Below are positions 1 through 9,254 of a stretch of DNA of 23,003 bases, piece after piece (positions within the stretch are counted from its first letter, which is position 1; the number at the start of each line of letters is the position of its first letter). Below the pieces are notes generated by a model that worked only from the letters and a program-made list of their open reading frames with translations, was not told the origin of the DNA and searched no databases. The stretch lies in IMG/VR virus record IMGVR_UViG_3300025289_000122. One strand, given 5' to 3'. This DNA comes from a virus. The position numbers and the translations under genes were made by a program.

Positions 1-153
1 AATATACAAAACTTCTAACTGAGTAGATGTTATTCTAGCTGAACCACTTCCCGCTGCCCTATATAATACTTCTAACTGAGTAGAAGTAATTCGAGCAGCA
101 TTAGCTTTAGTTAAAACTTCTAACTGAGCAGAGGTTAATCTTGCCTCAGACAT
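1..153 (-). CDS. Partial virion/tail-associated repeat protein (N-terminus only; runs off the window start)
   Basis: Not in the ORF track. ATG at 153-151 directly follows the TAA of the upstream gene. Reads MSEARLTSAQLEVLTKANAARITSTQLEVLYRAAGSGSARITSTQLEVLYI, three copies of AR(I/L)TS(T/A)QLEVL, which explains the DNA repeat ACTTCTAACTGAG. Confidence 0.8.
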   Translation of the reverse strand, partial: MSEARLTSAQLEVLTKANAARITSTQLEVLYRAAGSGSARITSTQLEVLYI

Positions 154-1209
154 TTATACTAGCTCATATCCAATTTCAACACCATCAATATCAGCAGGAA
201 CCCATTGTACTAAAGTATCTGGATCTACTTCCCACAAATGTGTCTGAGACTTATAGTCAGTATTTAAAGTCTTAGCATCTCCAGATTCCTCTGTTGTTCC
301 TGATTTCAATACATTCTTTATCTGAGAACCTCCAGCAGATGGTTCTTTTGCTATCGAGGTAACACTAACTCCTAATACTTCTACTCCTGACAACCCAAGA
401 GGAACTACAGTAAATCTATCTTTATGCCCAGACGTAGTAGATTGGTTATAGTCAACATCGTCATTAGGAAGTGCTTCATCTACCATATCACTATTATCAG
501 TGCCACTTAAAGGTGTAAATTCTATTTGTGCCGTTTCTGCTGCTGGAACTGTTACTGTAGACTGACAATTACCTACAAAATCAGTTACGATTCCAGCAAC
601 AGCATCTGCGAAGTAAAGGTCATCAAATAAGAAGCCAACAACTTCATACGCAGAATGTATACCATGTAAAGTACATTGTGTAGCTCCACCAGTAGCACCT
701 TCCGTATTTTGACCAGTTAATGTTAATGGAGTATCTTCTGCACCATCAACATGAACTTCCACTGTTCCAGTTGAAGCATGAATTGTTAGTTTAAGTTCAA
801 TAAAATACCAGGTTCCATTATCTATATTAATAACTCCTGTACCTAAAAGTGTTCCTATTGAGGAACCTTTTCTAGCCTCTAAATATCCACCAGCATTCTT
901 AAGTAACGTAAAGATTTTAGACCCACCAGAGTTCTTTAATGTAAAAATACCTGTCAGACGTGCAGGTGGAGAGCTATATCTTTTATAAGCAATACCCAAA
1001 ACTATTCCAGATGTATGTGGTCCAGAAGGAAGTTCAAACGAGACACCATTTACATCTGGTCCAATCTCACCAAGATATAATGCACCTTTACCATTTCTAC
1101 CAGCAGTTGTTATAATATCAATTGCTGTACTGGTAGAACCTCTTGTAAATCTACCATCAAGATGTTCTCTAATCTTGAAACCATCAAAACTGCAAAAGAA
1201 TCTAAGCAT
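154..1209 (-). CDS. Putative tail/fibre-associated protein with a ConA/LamG-like beta-sandwich domain
   Basis: Start moved to ATG 1209 (MLRFFCSFDGF), which has a GGAG RBS and does not overlap the upstream gene. Segments WYFIELKLTIHASTGTVEVHVDG and FLFDDLYF resemble LamG-like folds. Lies downstream of the adaptor gene. Confidence 0.55.
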   Translation of the reverse strand: MLRFFCSFDGFKIREHLDGRFTRGSTSTAIDIITTAGRNGKGALYLGEIGPDVNGVSFELPSGPHTSGIVLGIAYKRYSSPPARLTGIFTLKNSGGSKIFTLLKNAGGYLEARKGSSIGTLLGTGVINIDNGTWYFIELKLTIHASTGTVEVHVDGAEDTPLTLTGQNTEGATGGATQCTLHGIHSAYEVVGFLFDDLYFADAVAGIVTDFVGNCQSTVTVPAAETAQIEFTPLSGTDNSDMVDEALPNDDVDYNQSTTSGHKDRFTVVPLGLSGVEVLGVSVTSIAKEPSAGGSQIKNVLKSGTTEESGDAKTLNTDYKSQTHLWEVDPDTLVQWVPADIDGVEIGYELV

Positions 1210-1228
1210 CTCTACTCCCTTTCCGGTA

Positions 1229-1651
1229 CTATCTCGCAACACCAGCTCTTATTTTTAATGCGTCTCTTATATCATCTCTAAGTTCACCACAATACGTTCT
1301 AACTTCTGGAAGTTCAGACTTTTCATTCAAACACCAAAGGAAATCAAGACTTTCTCCATAACGCAAAACCAATCCAGCTACAGAATCAACTCTTGCAACT
1401 AAATCATTATTCTGTTTTGCATGATCAAATAAATCATGTTCAATATTATCTACCCTTATAGCCAACGAATCTGTTAACGCTCTAACACCATCATTTCTTA
1501 CAAATGAATAAACACCATTTGGAATACCAATAACACTAGCTATCAAAACCACAGCAACAAAAAATTGAAGATGATAAGGCAGACCTCTTAAGAGAATCCA
1601 AAACTCCTTATTACTTGAAGGAATAATCCCATTTTTCACTTCGTTATTCAT
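1229..1651 (-). CDS. Membrane-anchored coiled-coil protein (holin- or spanin-like candidate)
   Basis: One hydrophobic segment (LQFFVAVVLIASVIGI) followed by a helical, coiled-coil-like region with two C-terminal Cys. The start overlaps the adaptor stop (TGATG). Confidence 0.4.
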   Translation of the reverse strand: MNNEVKNGIIPSSNKEFWILLRGLPYHLQFFVAVVLIASVIGIPNGVYSFVRNDGVRALTDSLAIRVDNIEHDLFDHAKQNNDLVARVDSVAGLVLRYGESLDFLWCLNEKSELPEVRTYCGELRDDIRDALKIRAGVAR

Positions 1652-2313
1652 CAGTACTCCAACCCAAGAACTTCTACATGAGCAAGTTGAGAATTGGATT
1701 GAGCTTCATTAGCTTCAGTCGGAACTATTGTATTAATCATCTCACTCTGGAGACTTTTAAAGAAATTAGCCCTAGCAACATCACCAAGATCAACACAAGC
1801 TCTCCATAAACCACCCATCACAATTATCTCATCCCAAACTTGTGGGATTATGGATGAAGATTGAATAGAACTAAGATCAGTAAGCGCAACATTTCTTCTA
1901 ATTGTAATAGTATACTCATCATCAGGTGTAGGCCATAAGCGTACAATACAAGCTTCTCTTACATACTCAACCGGAATATCCCACTGATCCTCAGTATCTG
2001 CATACTTCTGCTCATATACATCTCTAGTAATTTGAATCAAAGGATAATGTTGACCTTGACCAGAACTTTTCTCAGTGATTGCAATATGATCTACAGATTC
2101 AGTTGGAAATGATACATCATAATTACGAACACCAATGGTTGTTAAAAATGTTGAAATAGCTTGCCTTTCTCTAAGAGGATATTTATTTTGAATTTCCCAG
2201 AATGCTCTATTCAAATAAAGATCAACTTGATCAGTGGGCATTTGTGTTCCACCAACATTAACACCTAAAGGTCTAGTAACTCCTAGCCTCATATCAGCAA
2301 TAGCCATCGGCAT
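1651..2313 (-). CDS. Head-tail adaptor (podovirus neck protein)
   Basis: Motifs DLYLNRAFWEIQ, IVRLWPTPDDEYTITI and IPQVWDEIIVMGGLWRA are typical of podoviral adaptor proteins. Located after the capsid genes, with a GGAGG RBS. Confidence 0.7.
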   Translation of the reverse strand: MPMAIADMRLGVTRPLGVNVGGTQMPTDQVDLYLNRAFWEIQNKYPLRERQAISTFLTTIGVRNYDVSFPTESVDHIAITEKSSGQGQHYPLIQITRDVYEQKYADTEDQWDIPVEYVREACIVRLWPTPDDEYTITIRRNVALTDLSSIQSSSIIPQVWDEIIVMGGLWRACVDLGDVARANFFKSLQSEMINTIVPTEANEAQSNSQLAHVEVLGLEY

Positions 2314-2338
2314 CTTTTACTTCCTCCAATTGGGGTTT

Positions 2339-2367
2339 GTAGGGATATAGATTCACTATACCCCTAC
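2339..2367 (-). other. 12-bp intergenic hairpin without a U-tract (processing or stabilising element)
   Basis: Minus strand GTAGGGGTATAG-TGAAT-CTATATCCCTAC (one G-U pair), between the head genes and the adaptor. Confidence 0.5.
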
Positions 2368-2375
2368 CACCCTCA

Positions 2376-2612
2376 TCATATTGTTCGAACGAATTTAACA
2401 GTTAAATCTTTTGCATTCTTCGCTTGTAATTTAACAGAAGTATGATTACTTAATAGAACCTGACCATTAAGAGGAATAGATGCTTTATTTAAGAACATTA
2501 AACAACTTTCAAAAACTCCACTTCTTTCAATATCATAATTTCCTGGTGGAACCCTAACAACTGGGCCATTAATATCAGGACCAGAAGCCGCTTGTAGTAA
2601 AACTATATTCAT
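2376..2612 (-). CDS. Hypothetical virion-associated protein
   Basis: 78-aa beta-rich ORF translationally coupled (ATGA overlap) to the upstream gene. Confidence 0.6.
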   Translation of the reverse strand: MNIVLLQAASGPDINGPVVRVPPGNYDIERSGVFESCLMFLNKASIPLNGQVLLSNHTSVKLQAKNAKDLTVKFVRTI

Positions 2613-2878
2613 AGTCCTAGCTCTGCACTATACCACACAAATAAAAGTAGCATTCCAGTTGTATCCGTTCCACCAGTATTGTTAACAGTATCAGCGGCTG
2701 TAATAGTAAACTCACTAGCTAAATTTGCTCCAGCAGCATCAACTCTTTGAACAAGTTTCAGTGTGTCAGAAGTCTTAATACCAGTAACAGTTAAATCTCC
2801 AGCTGCTCCACCTGCAATTACTGCTGATTCTAAAGGTGGATATGTATGATACTCACCTGATCTCCCAAGTAGAGTCAT
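2609..2878 (-). CDS. Putative capsid decoration/spike protein
   Basis: 89 aa, rich in Gly/Ala/Thr (GGAAGDLTVTGIKTSD, DTVNNTGGTDTTG). First gene after the major capsid gene, with an AGGAG RBS. Confidence 0.5.
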   Translation of the reverse strand: MTLLGRSGEYHTYPPLESAVIAGGAAGDLTVTGIKTSDTLKLVQRVDAAGANLASEFTITAADTVNNTGGTDTTGMLLLFVWYSAELGL

Positions 2879-2911
2879 CTCTGTTCTCCTTATCTATATA
2901 GATGTTAATAT

Positions 2912-3826
2912 TCAAGTAGGATCAGCACCCCACCAACCGCGGTAATCAACGAACATAATAAGGAATCTAGTAGTAGACTGAGCTTTTGCAGCTTGAGTAT
3001 CAAAGTCGAAAGTATCATCAAACTCAAGGGCTCTTTTAACACTAAGGAATGCATCATTATAACGACTATCCTGTAAGAAATACGAACGACTTGTAAGATC
3101 CTTGTAGTGAGAAATAACAATAGTAGGATTAGGAATACGGCGACGAATTACATTGTCAGTGTTATTAGGAGTAAACGGCTCCAGAGCAGAGTTCCAAATA
3201 GCAAGAGCAGTATTCACATCAGCAGCATTGTTAGAAACAATTAACTTATCAGGAGACATACGAATAGGATCACCATTATGATCTGTAACTCTCTGAGCCA
3301 AATCTAACAAAGCCGTAATACCAGTAACCGAAAGAGAAACATCAGCAGCAGGACGATTAGGATTAAGAGCTGGTGAGTTAAGATTGGTATGTAGAACAGA
3401 AATTAATGGAAGATTATCAATACCACGGAAGAAAGCACCAGTAAAGGCATCATCAAGAATAGAAGCAGCCCTATACTCATAAGTCATACGACCAGCATGA
3501 GCAAGATGCTTTGCTGATTGATTGGCCTTACCGTACTTATCATCCTCTAAAGTACGACGAGTGATAATAATACCACCAGCAAATTCCTTATCAACACCAA
3601 TAACCTGTGGTCCCTGAATAATATCATCATAAATAACTGGCTCACCATCTCCTCGTTCCATTAAACGAGAAATAGATGTAATAATAGTAGCCCGAATCTC
3701 TGGCTCATCAGTATTATCTACTTTTAAATACTCAGGGTATTCTGGATCGTACTCATTCCAGGTGTCCCTGAAATTTTTCCGTAATCCAGCCCTGAAAAGC
3801 AGGTTTAGCGATGCCTGTGTGTTCAT
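2912..3826 (-). CDS. Major capsid protein (HK97 fold, Mu gpT-like type)
   Basis: 304 aa with N-terminal LFRAGLRKNF, FAGGIIITRRTLEDDKYG, DGxPIRMSPDKLIV and C-terminal FDFDTQAAKAQSTTRF..DYRGWWG. Sits downstream of portal and scaffold. Confidence 0.85.
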   Translation of the reverse strand: MNTQASLNLLFRAGLRKNFRDTWNEYDPEYPEYLKVDNTDEPEIRATIITSISRLMERGDGEPVIYDDIIQGPQVIGVDKEFAGGIIITRRTLEDDKYGKANQSAKHLAHAGRMTYEYRAASILDDAFTGAFFRGIDNLPLISVLHTNLNSPALNPNRPAADVSLSVTGITALLDLAQRVTDHNGDPIRMSPDKLIVSNNAADVNTALAIWNSALEPFTPNNTDNVIRRRIPNPTIVISHYKDLTSRSYFLQDSRYNDAFLSVKRALEFDDTFDFDTQAAKAQSTTRFLIMFVDYRGWWGADPT

Positions 3827-3841
3827 TCTGTATTTTCTCCC

Positions 3842-4372
3842 TTATGAAATGTTAGCGGAAGCAGCGATAACAGAAGCCAAGAATTTGAATAATACATAAC
3901 TACCAGCAACACTATCACGAACAACAATATCAACAATCTGAACAGCATCATTTGTTACATTATCATCATTAACAGTCCACTCTCCACTAGCAAGAAGAAG
4001 TAATCCACGAGATTCAAGAATATGACTCTGTGTAGGTGCAACATCAACTCCAGCAGCAGTAGTTAACCTACCACTAAAGATCTGATTAGGATCTTCAATA
4101 AGATCAACAATAGAAACTTCTCTAACAACACCAGTACGCCAAACAATCTTATCATCATTTGCAGCATTCCAACCAGGCTTTGAAGCAACATCTTCTAGTG
4201 CTACACCAACAACATCAACAACACCAGCACCAGTAGTCAACTCAATAACTTCCCCATCTGCATTTGTACCAAGAACAGCTCCCTTTAAGAACGTTTCTGC
4301 TACATCATAAACAGCAGAACGAACAGTAGGAACTGTCTTGGCTCCAGTAGCAGGAATGAAAACTCTAGGCAT
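3842..4372 (-). CDS. Putative capsid cement/auxiliary head protein
   Basis: 176 aa, beta-rich (FLKGAVLGTNADGEV, VVGVALED), immediately upstream of the major capsid gene. Confidence 0.55.
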   Translation of the reverse strand: MPRVFIPATGAKTVPTVRSAVYDVAETFLKGAVLGTNADGEVIELTTGAGVVDVVGVALEDVASKPGWNAANDDKIVWRTGVVREVSIVDLIEDPNQIFSGRLTTAAGVDVAPTQSHILESRGLLLLASGEWTVNDDNVTNDAVQIVDIVVRDSVAGSYVLFKFLASVIAASANIS

Positions 4373-4380
4373 TTTATCTC

Positions 4381-4983
4381 CTATTCAAACTTTTTCGTCT
4401 GTGAGTCGATAGATTTTACAATATCAGCTAATTCCTTATTCCCAGCCGGCCTCTCAGAAGAATTGATGAAAGCAGATACACCTGAATCACGGAACTTATT
4501 AACATCTGTCAACAACTCCCGTTCTTCCTTATTGACATTACTCTTACCTGTTCTTTTACCAGCATGTTCCCTAACCATCCTCTCAATACGAATCTCACTA
4601 ATTACATCTTTAACTTCCTTTGGACAAATCATATGAATTACATCACCAACAATAGCGCTACTAGTACCATCAGAATGGATAGCTCTCTTAACAGCATATT
4701 CATTATCAATTCTAAAACCTAAAGTTTCTAATCTACGAATCTCAAGAGGATCATTTCTAACCCATTCACCATGCAAATCTTCTGGAAGTTCTACCGATAA
4801 CCTATCCTGGACTATTCCTCTATCTAAAATCGAAGCTAACTTAGCCCTCAACTCACCACGTTCAGCCTTCTTAATACGTTCAGCTATTTTCGGATCTAAA
4901 CCTTGCTCAATAACTTCTGATTTATCATCATAATCCCTTACAGGCTCATTAGGACGATATTTGGTAAAAAGAGAATCAGACAT
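4381..4983 (-). CDS. Conserved head-module hypothetical protein
   Basis: 200-aa ORF between scaffold and cement genes, containing ELPEDLHGEWVRND..LGF. Confidence 0.6.
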   Translation of the reverse strand: MSDSLFTKYRPNEPVRDYDDKSEVIEQGLDPKIAERIKKAERGELRAKLASILDRGIVQDRLSVELPEDLHGEWVRNDPLEIRRLETLGFRIDNEYAVKRAIHSDGTSSAIVGDVIHMICPKEVKDVISEIRIERMVREHAGKRTGKSNVNKEERELLTDVNKFRDSGVSAFINSSERPAGNKELADIVKSIDSQTKKFE

Positions 4984-5781
4984 TTATTTCTCCTTCTTCT
5001 TATGAACAGGAAGAACCATAGTTTCATCTTCAATTAACTCCCAATATTGTTTCTCATGTTCTGGATTACCAGGTTTCAATCCAGCAATTTTCATAGCAAG
5101 CCTATCATCTTCAGTCAATTCTTTTCTCACATCAGTTTCCTTTACCACTCTAGTTCTAGTGGTTCTAACATGTGGGGGATCAATTGACTCATTTATTGTT
5201 GTAGTATTAGATGATCTAGATGAACCCAACATTCCCATTTGTTTCATACCAACAGCTTGAGAGATAGCAGATTTAATATTATTTTCATTAATCTCAACCC
5301 CAGGTTGATTCATAATAGTATCAACAGCAGATTCAACATCAGGATCTCTCATCCCTTTTCCAAAATAAGGATCTTGTTTAATCAATAGTTTTAAATTCCT
5401 ATATTCACTATCATTCTGAAATGAAGAAGCAACACGCTTAATAGGTTCTAACATCTTTTCCATCTGCCTCAAAATCTTATCATCCCTAGCATCAAGAGCA
5501 CCAGTAGGATCTTCATAAAAACTTTTTCTTTCTTCTTCAACATTTCTAGATTTCGGAGTCGGAGCAGAAACTTCTTCCTTACTCTGTTTTACATTATCAA
5601 TCAACTTCTCTAACCTACGATACTGAACCTGCTGTTCTGCTAATCTCTGTTCAAGAGACGATACATAATTTGGATCTACTGTTACCTCAATAGGCGGATC
5701 TTCTTGGGACTTCGTCTCCTGGATTGATTCCTCCGAATGTGTTCCCTCCACTTTCGGAATTTCCTTTTCTTTTGTGCTCAT
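4984..5781 (-). CDS. Capsid scaffolding protein
   Basis: 265 aa, charged and helical with a coiled coil (LEQRLAEQQVQYRRLEKL) and a C-terminal helix (ELTEDDRLAMKIAGL..YWE). Located between portal and capsid. Confidence 0.65.
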   Translation of the reverse strand: MSTKEKEIPKVEGTHSEESIQETKSQEDPPIEVTVDPNYVSSLEQRLAEQQVQYRRLEKLIDNVKQSKEEVSAPTPKSRNVEEERKSFYEDPTGALDARDDKILRQMEKMLEPIKRVASSFQNDSEYRNLKLLIKQDPYFGKGMRDPDVESAVDTIMNQPGVEINENNIKSAISQAVGMKQMGMLGSSRSSNTTTINESIDPPHVRTTRTRVVKETDVRKELTEDDRLAMKIAGLKPGNPEHEKQYWELIEDETMVLPVHKKKEK

Positions 5782-6028
5782 TTTCTTTCTTTAGCTCCTG
5801 TAACTTAGTTGGGTTTAAAGACTCCACCAAATCCAACACAAACTTAATACCTCTCCTAAAATGTTTATTTTCTATAAACTTATTTTCAGGAGATTCTAGA
5901 ACCGTTTCCGCCACCTCCTTCTCTATTTCCTGTAATAAGTGATAAAAGTTGCTCCATTCCGGTCGCTTCACCAGCTCCTGTAACTCTATTATTTGGTTGG
6001 GCTCCACTAGGTAGCGGGAGAGGTCCAT
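5687..6028 (-). CDS. Small helical protein downstream of portal
   Basis: Start at ATG 6028 with a strong GGAGGAGG RBS. Amphipathic helices (RPEWSNFYHLLQEIEKE, FRRGIKFVLDL) resemble the small genes that commonly follow podoviral portals. Overlaps both neighbours. Confidence 0.65.
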   Translation of the reverse strand: MDLSRYLVEPNQIIELQELVKRPEWSNFYHLLQEIEKEVAETVLESPENKFIENKHFRRGIKFVLDLVESLNPTKLQELKKENEHKRKGNSESGGNTFGGINPGDEVPRRSAY

Positions 6029-7814
6029 TACCTCCTCCAAGTATAGATGGAATCTGACCCTTTAACATCAAATCAAGTTCTTTTACAATAATTCTATCAA
6101 TATTCCTAACATCATATGTCTCAAGAATCTGTCTCATAGCCTCAGTTAAGGCACCTAAGCCTTTAGTGAAAATCAATTGAATCATTTGAGGGTTACCAAG
6201 AGGTATAGCTAATTGAGCTAAACCTTGATAATATTGATTCAAAAATCCAGCAATTTGTTGCCAATTTTGACGATCAAGAACCTTATTATGAACTTGAGAT
6301 GACACTTTCAGATTAATAATAATCCCTTCTCTGATATAAGATGAAGGTAATTGCATAAATGCTCTAACCATTTCACCACCAGCAGCCGTATAGAAATATT
6401 CAAGATTCCTTGGCCCAAACTGTTGGTATAGATCAGCAATATCCATAATAACTTCATCACCAAAATCTCTAACCCTCATATACCACAGATCAAACTTCTT
6501 ATTTCCTTCTTGGATTCTTGCTAAATCAGAAGTTGCAGTTCCTGGAGTACCAACTTGAGGCATACCAAGAGTTACATCATTAACTCCAGTCCTCTGTTGA
6601 GAATAAATTACATCGGATTGTTCTGTTTGATAAGCAGAGGGATAAACCTCACCCATCTGTATTGTATCTATTTGATCCATATTATCTAAGAACCACATCT
6701 TCCCTGGGAAGATAGGCTCGCCATTTCCATATCCAGATAACTTATGAATCTTAAACATCCTGATATTAGCAAGAGTAGCATTATCTACAAACTGACGATG
6801 CCTAGTGGTAATAGAACGCTGGAACTGCTCATTCATCTTACAAATACCAATACCACGACTTCTATGTTCTACTGGGAAATATTTACCTATACGATAAGGA
6901 CGACGAAGATCAGATAAATAATTATATCTAATCGACATAATTTTACGAGAATCTCTATGGTAATGAATAACTATTTCTTTCTTAACATCACTACTATCCA
7001 CTTCCCACGCTGTCCAAAACTCAATCCACTCAAGATTTTTCCCTATACTATATTTTGTATGCTCCAAATCCATCTGGCTACGATCAAACTTCTTACCATC
7101 ATCACCAGGAGAACCTGACATCTGATTCTCCATATATATCATTAAATCCTCATATATACCCTCTCTAAATAATCCTGCTTTTTCCGCTTGATAAATATAA
7201 TATGGAGATTCACTATGTTCCTCCCCTACCCAATCTGAAGATTGAACATCTTTAGCCCAATAAGGATAAAGGAATCTAGAATCAGGAATTGCATCAAAAC
7301 AAGGACCATCTTTGTATACAACTGAGAAATTTTTCTCCTCACCATTAATTTCTCTTGCACCATATCTAACAACTCTCTCATAACCAGGTTTACCAATCAT
7401 AGTACCAAATTTTTCAGCCTCTAGAAAACAAGAAGAAAGTTCACTTTTAATCTTTATTTTCCTAAATAAATAATAATTCATAAAATCTTCAAGAGGCTTC
7501 TGGGCCTCATCCCACTCATTAGAAATAGACTGCGCAGCAACTAACTGTTGTTGTCCAAACAATTGTGTCTCTGTTCTAGCATGAATTGCTTCTACAGCAA
7601 TAGCTGTAACAGGAATTACAGTTGTACAAGCTCCTTTAAATGGAAAAATAGCCTGCTTCTTTGTAGGTTTAGCCCAGTAATCAGATTGCCATTGAATTAA
7701 ATCATCAAGATGTTCACTCGTATCCATATAATATTGAACTAGTTCAGACTCAATATGTTGAACCAACTCAGCTTCTCTCACTTCACCCAAGTATATTTCT
7801 CTTGGATACGGCAT
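5886..7814 (-). CDS. Portal protein (head-tail connector)
   Basis: 642 aa with PFKGACTTVIPV, FLEAEKFGTMIGK, RSRGIGI, RQFVDNATLAN, QQRTGVND and GTATS. Located downstream of the terminase genes. Confidence 0.85.
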   Translation of the reverse strand: MPYPREIYLGEVREAELVQHIESELVQYYMDTSEHLDDLIQWQSDYWAKPTKKQAIFPFKGACTTVIPVTAIAVEAIHARTETQLFGQQQLVAAQSISNEWDEAQKPLEDFMNYYLFRKIKIKSELSSCFLEAEKFGTMIGKPGYERVVRYGAREINGEEKNFSVVYKDGPCFDAIPDSRFLYPYWAKDVQSSDWVGEEHSESPYYIYQAEKAGLFREGIYEDLMIYMENQMSGSPGDDGKKFDRSQMDLEHTKYSIGKNLEWIEFWTAWEVDSSDVKKEIVIHYHRDSRKIMSIRYNYLSDLRRPYRIGKYFPVEHRSRGIGICKMNEQFQRSITTRHRQFVDNATLANIRMFKIHKLSGYGNGEPIFPGKMWFLDNMDQIDTIQMGEVYPSAYQTEQSDVIYSQQRTGVNDVTLGMPQVGTPGTATSDLARIQEGNKKFDLWYMRVRDFGDEVIMDIADLYQQFGPRNLEYFYTAAGGEMVRAFMQLPSSYIREGIIINLKVSSQVHNKVLDRQNWQQIAGFLNQYYQGLAQLAIPLGNPQMIQLIFTKGLGALTEAMRQILETYDVRNIDRIIVKELDLMLKGQIPSILGGGNGPLPLPSGAQPNNRVTGAGEATGMEQLLSLITGNREGGGGNGSRIS

Positions 7815-7865
7815 TTTTTTGTTTCCCTTTTCCTTTTAAAATTTAAGTAAGCCCTCTCATCTCTT

Positions 7866-8000
7866 TATTATACTTAAGGACAAGAGATGCTGAGTATTTC
7901 AACCCAGTTTGAGGTCCTCTTACTTATAACCCCCCTCAATCCTCATTCCCGTCGTTAGGCGTCTGTGCATGGATTCTTGTCCTTATCGTAATGTATAATA
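7866..8000 (-). repeat. Long-range inverted repeat closing a 135-nt intergenic element (candidate structured RNA)
   Basis: TATTATAC 7866-7873 pairs with GTATAATA 7993-8000, TAAGGACAAGA 7875-7885 with TCTTGTCCTTA 7975-7985, and ATGC 7887-7890 with GCAT 7967-7970. Confidence 0.5.
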
Positions 8001-8007
8001 CAGAGAT

Positions 8008-8541
8008 TCATGCAGTTTCGCCTCTTCCCGTTTCATACTTACTTCCTTGTGTAACGGGGTCAGAAACACAAGCCTTTGTTCTCCGCTTCTTATCATACCC
8101 CTTCCGTTTTTCTCTTCTTCTCGCCTTAGAACAATCATCACAATAGTATCTAGAAGGATTGATTTGTGCCATGTAAATACCACAATCTCCGCATTCCCTA
8201 TCCACCAAAGGCAGTCTCATTATTCTAGTTCTAAATGGCCAACCAGTTCCATTTCTCTCTATTGGGAGATCATTATATCTAAAAAATTCTCTATTCTCAT
8301 TCTTTATGAGAGTAAATATCTTGTGTCTTGTAGATACACAAACATAAGCATTTGTAGCATCAGGCTTACGCCTATATACTTTTAATACAGTAAATACTGC
8401 CTCAGCTTGAATATCATCAAAAGTTAAAGAATTAGGAATACCATTACTTAAAATTCTTCCTATTTCACCTGCTACTCCTGATATTCCATCATCATCAAGG
8501 CCGGTAGCACGCAGTAAACGAATATTTGCTGGAGCAATCAT
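8008..8541 (-). CDS. Zinc-finger protein (CxxC-x12-CxxC plus basic helix), possible nucleic-acid binder
   Basis: ECGDCGIYMAQINPSRYYCDDC followed by SKARRREKRKGYDKKRR. Confidence 0.6.
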   Translation of the reverse strand: MIAPANIRLLRATGLDDDGISGVAGEIGRILSNGIPNSLTFDDIQAEAVFTVLKVYRRKPDATNAYVCVSTRHKIFTLIKNENREFFRYNDLPIERNGTGWPFRTRIMRLPLVDRECGDCGIYMAQINPSRYYCDDCSKARRREKRKGYDKKRRTKACVSDPVTQGSKYETGRGETA

Positions 8542-9254
8542 AGTGTTATTCCTACGTCACTAAATGTTACATCTGCAATATTACGATCTGTTGAATATGA
8601 ATTTTGCCAACCACACCCGCTATCTGGTATAAATGCCCCTCCATCAGTCATATACCAGCCATATGGTTGAGCAGAGGCTTTAGGTTCAACTTGAATCCAT
8701 CCTCTATTACCAGTATCTAAACTACCACAAACCATTGATATTTTACCAAACCAACCAATTGGAAGGAAATGAATAGAATCTCCAATACTAGGTATTGTAT
8801 CATATCTTTCTAAACCAGCGAGAGAAATAGAATCAGGATACATACCAATAGAGGTGATTATCTTAACTTGAACATTCCCAGGCGCTGTAACTACTGTACT
8901 TGCAGGTATGGTAAAGGTAGATAATGGTGAAGCAACAGGATCACCATCTGTTAGAGCAATAACTCTAAATTCCACTGAAACATCTATAGTATCTCGATGA
9001 AGCCATAGCGAATCTACATTTTGATCTAATGGTACTGTATCAGATAAAATCCATGAAGGTGTTTCTATACTTACAATATAACCTTTTACTAGGGATCTTG
9101 GAGTAGAGTGGCTCCAGGAAACTTCAACTTGTATGGAGTCTGGAACTTGCTGTAATAATACAACTCTAGTATTTCTTGGTGCTCTGAAATTGGGTTGTGC
9201 CTGAGCAACTAAAGAAACAAAGAGTAGTACGGGAATAACAATTAACTTTTTCAT
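8538..9254 (-). CDS. Secreted protein with a signal peptide and Fn3-like domain
   Basis: MKKLIVIPVLLFVSLVAQA is a Sec signal with an AQA signal peptidase I site. APRNTRV..VEVSW..VKGYIVSI..VEFRVIA follows the fibronectin type III strand pattern. Confidence 0.6.
   Translation of the reverse strand: MKKLIVIPVLLFVSLVAQAQPNFRAPRNTRVVLLQQVPDSIQVEVSWSHSTPRSLVKGYIVSIETPSWILSDTVPLDQNVDSLWLHRDTIDVSVEFRVIALTDGDPVASPLSTFTIPASTVVTAPGNVQVKIITSIGMYPDSISLAGLERYDTIPSIGDSIHFLPIGWFGKISMVCGSLDTGNRGWIQVEPKASAQPYGWYMTDGGAFIPDSGCGWQNSYSTDRNIADVTFSDVGITL

Noticed and set aside
8-135. Three ACTTCTAACTGAG-containing repeats with variable spacers, resembling a mini-CRISPR array
   Set aside because: The repeats keep frame and encode the ARITSTQLEVL protein repeat on the minus strand. 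Spacers are short and no cas genes are present.
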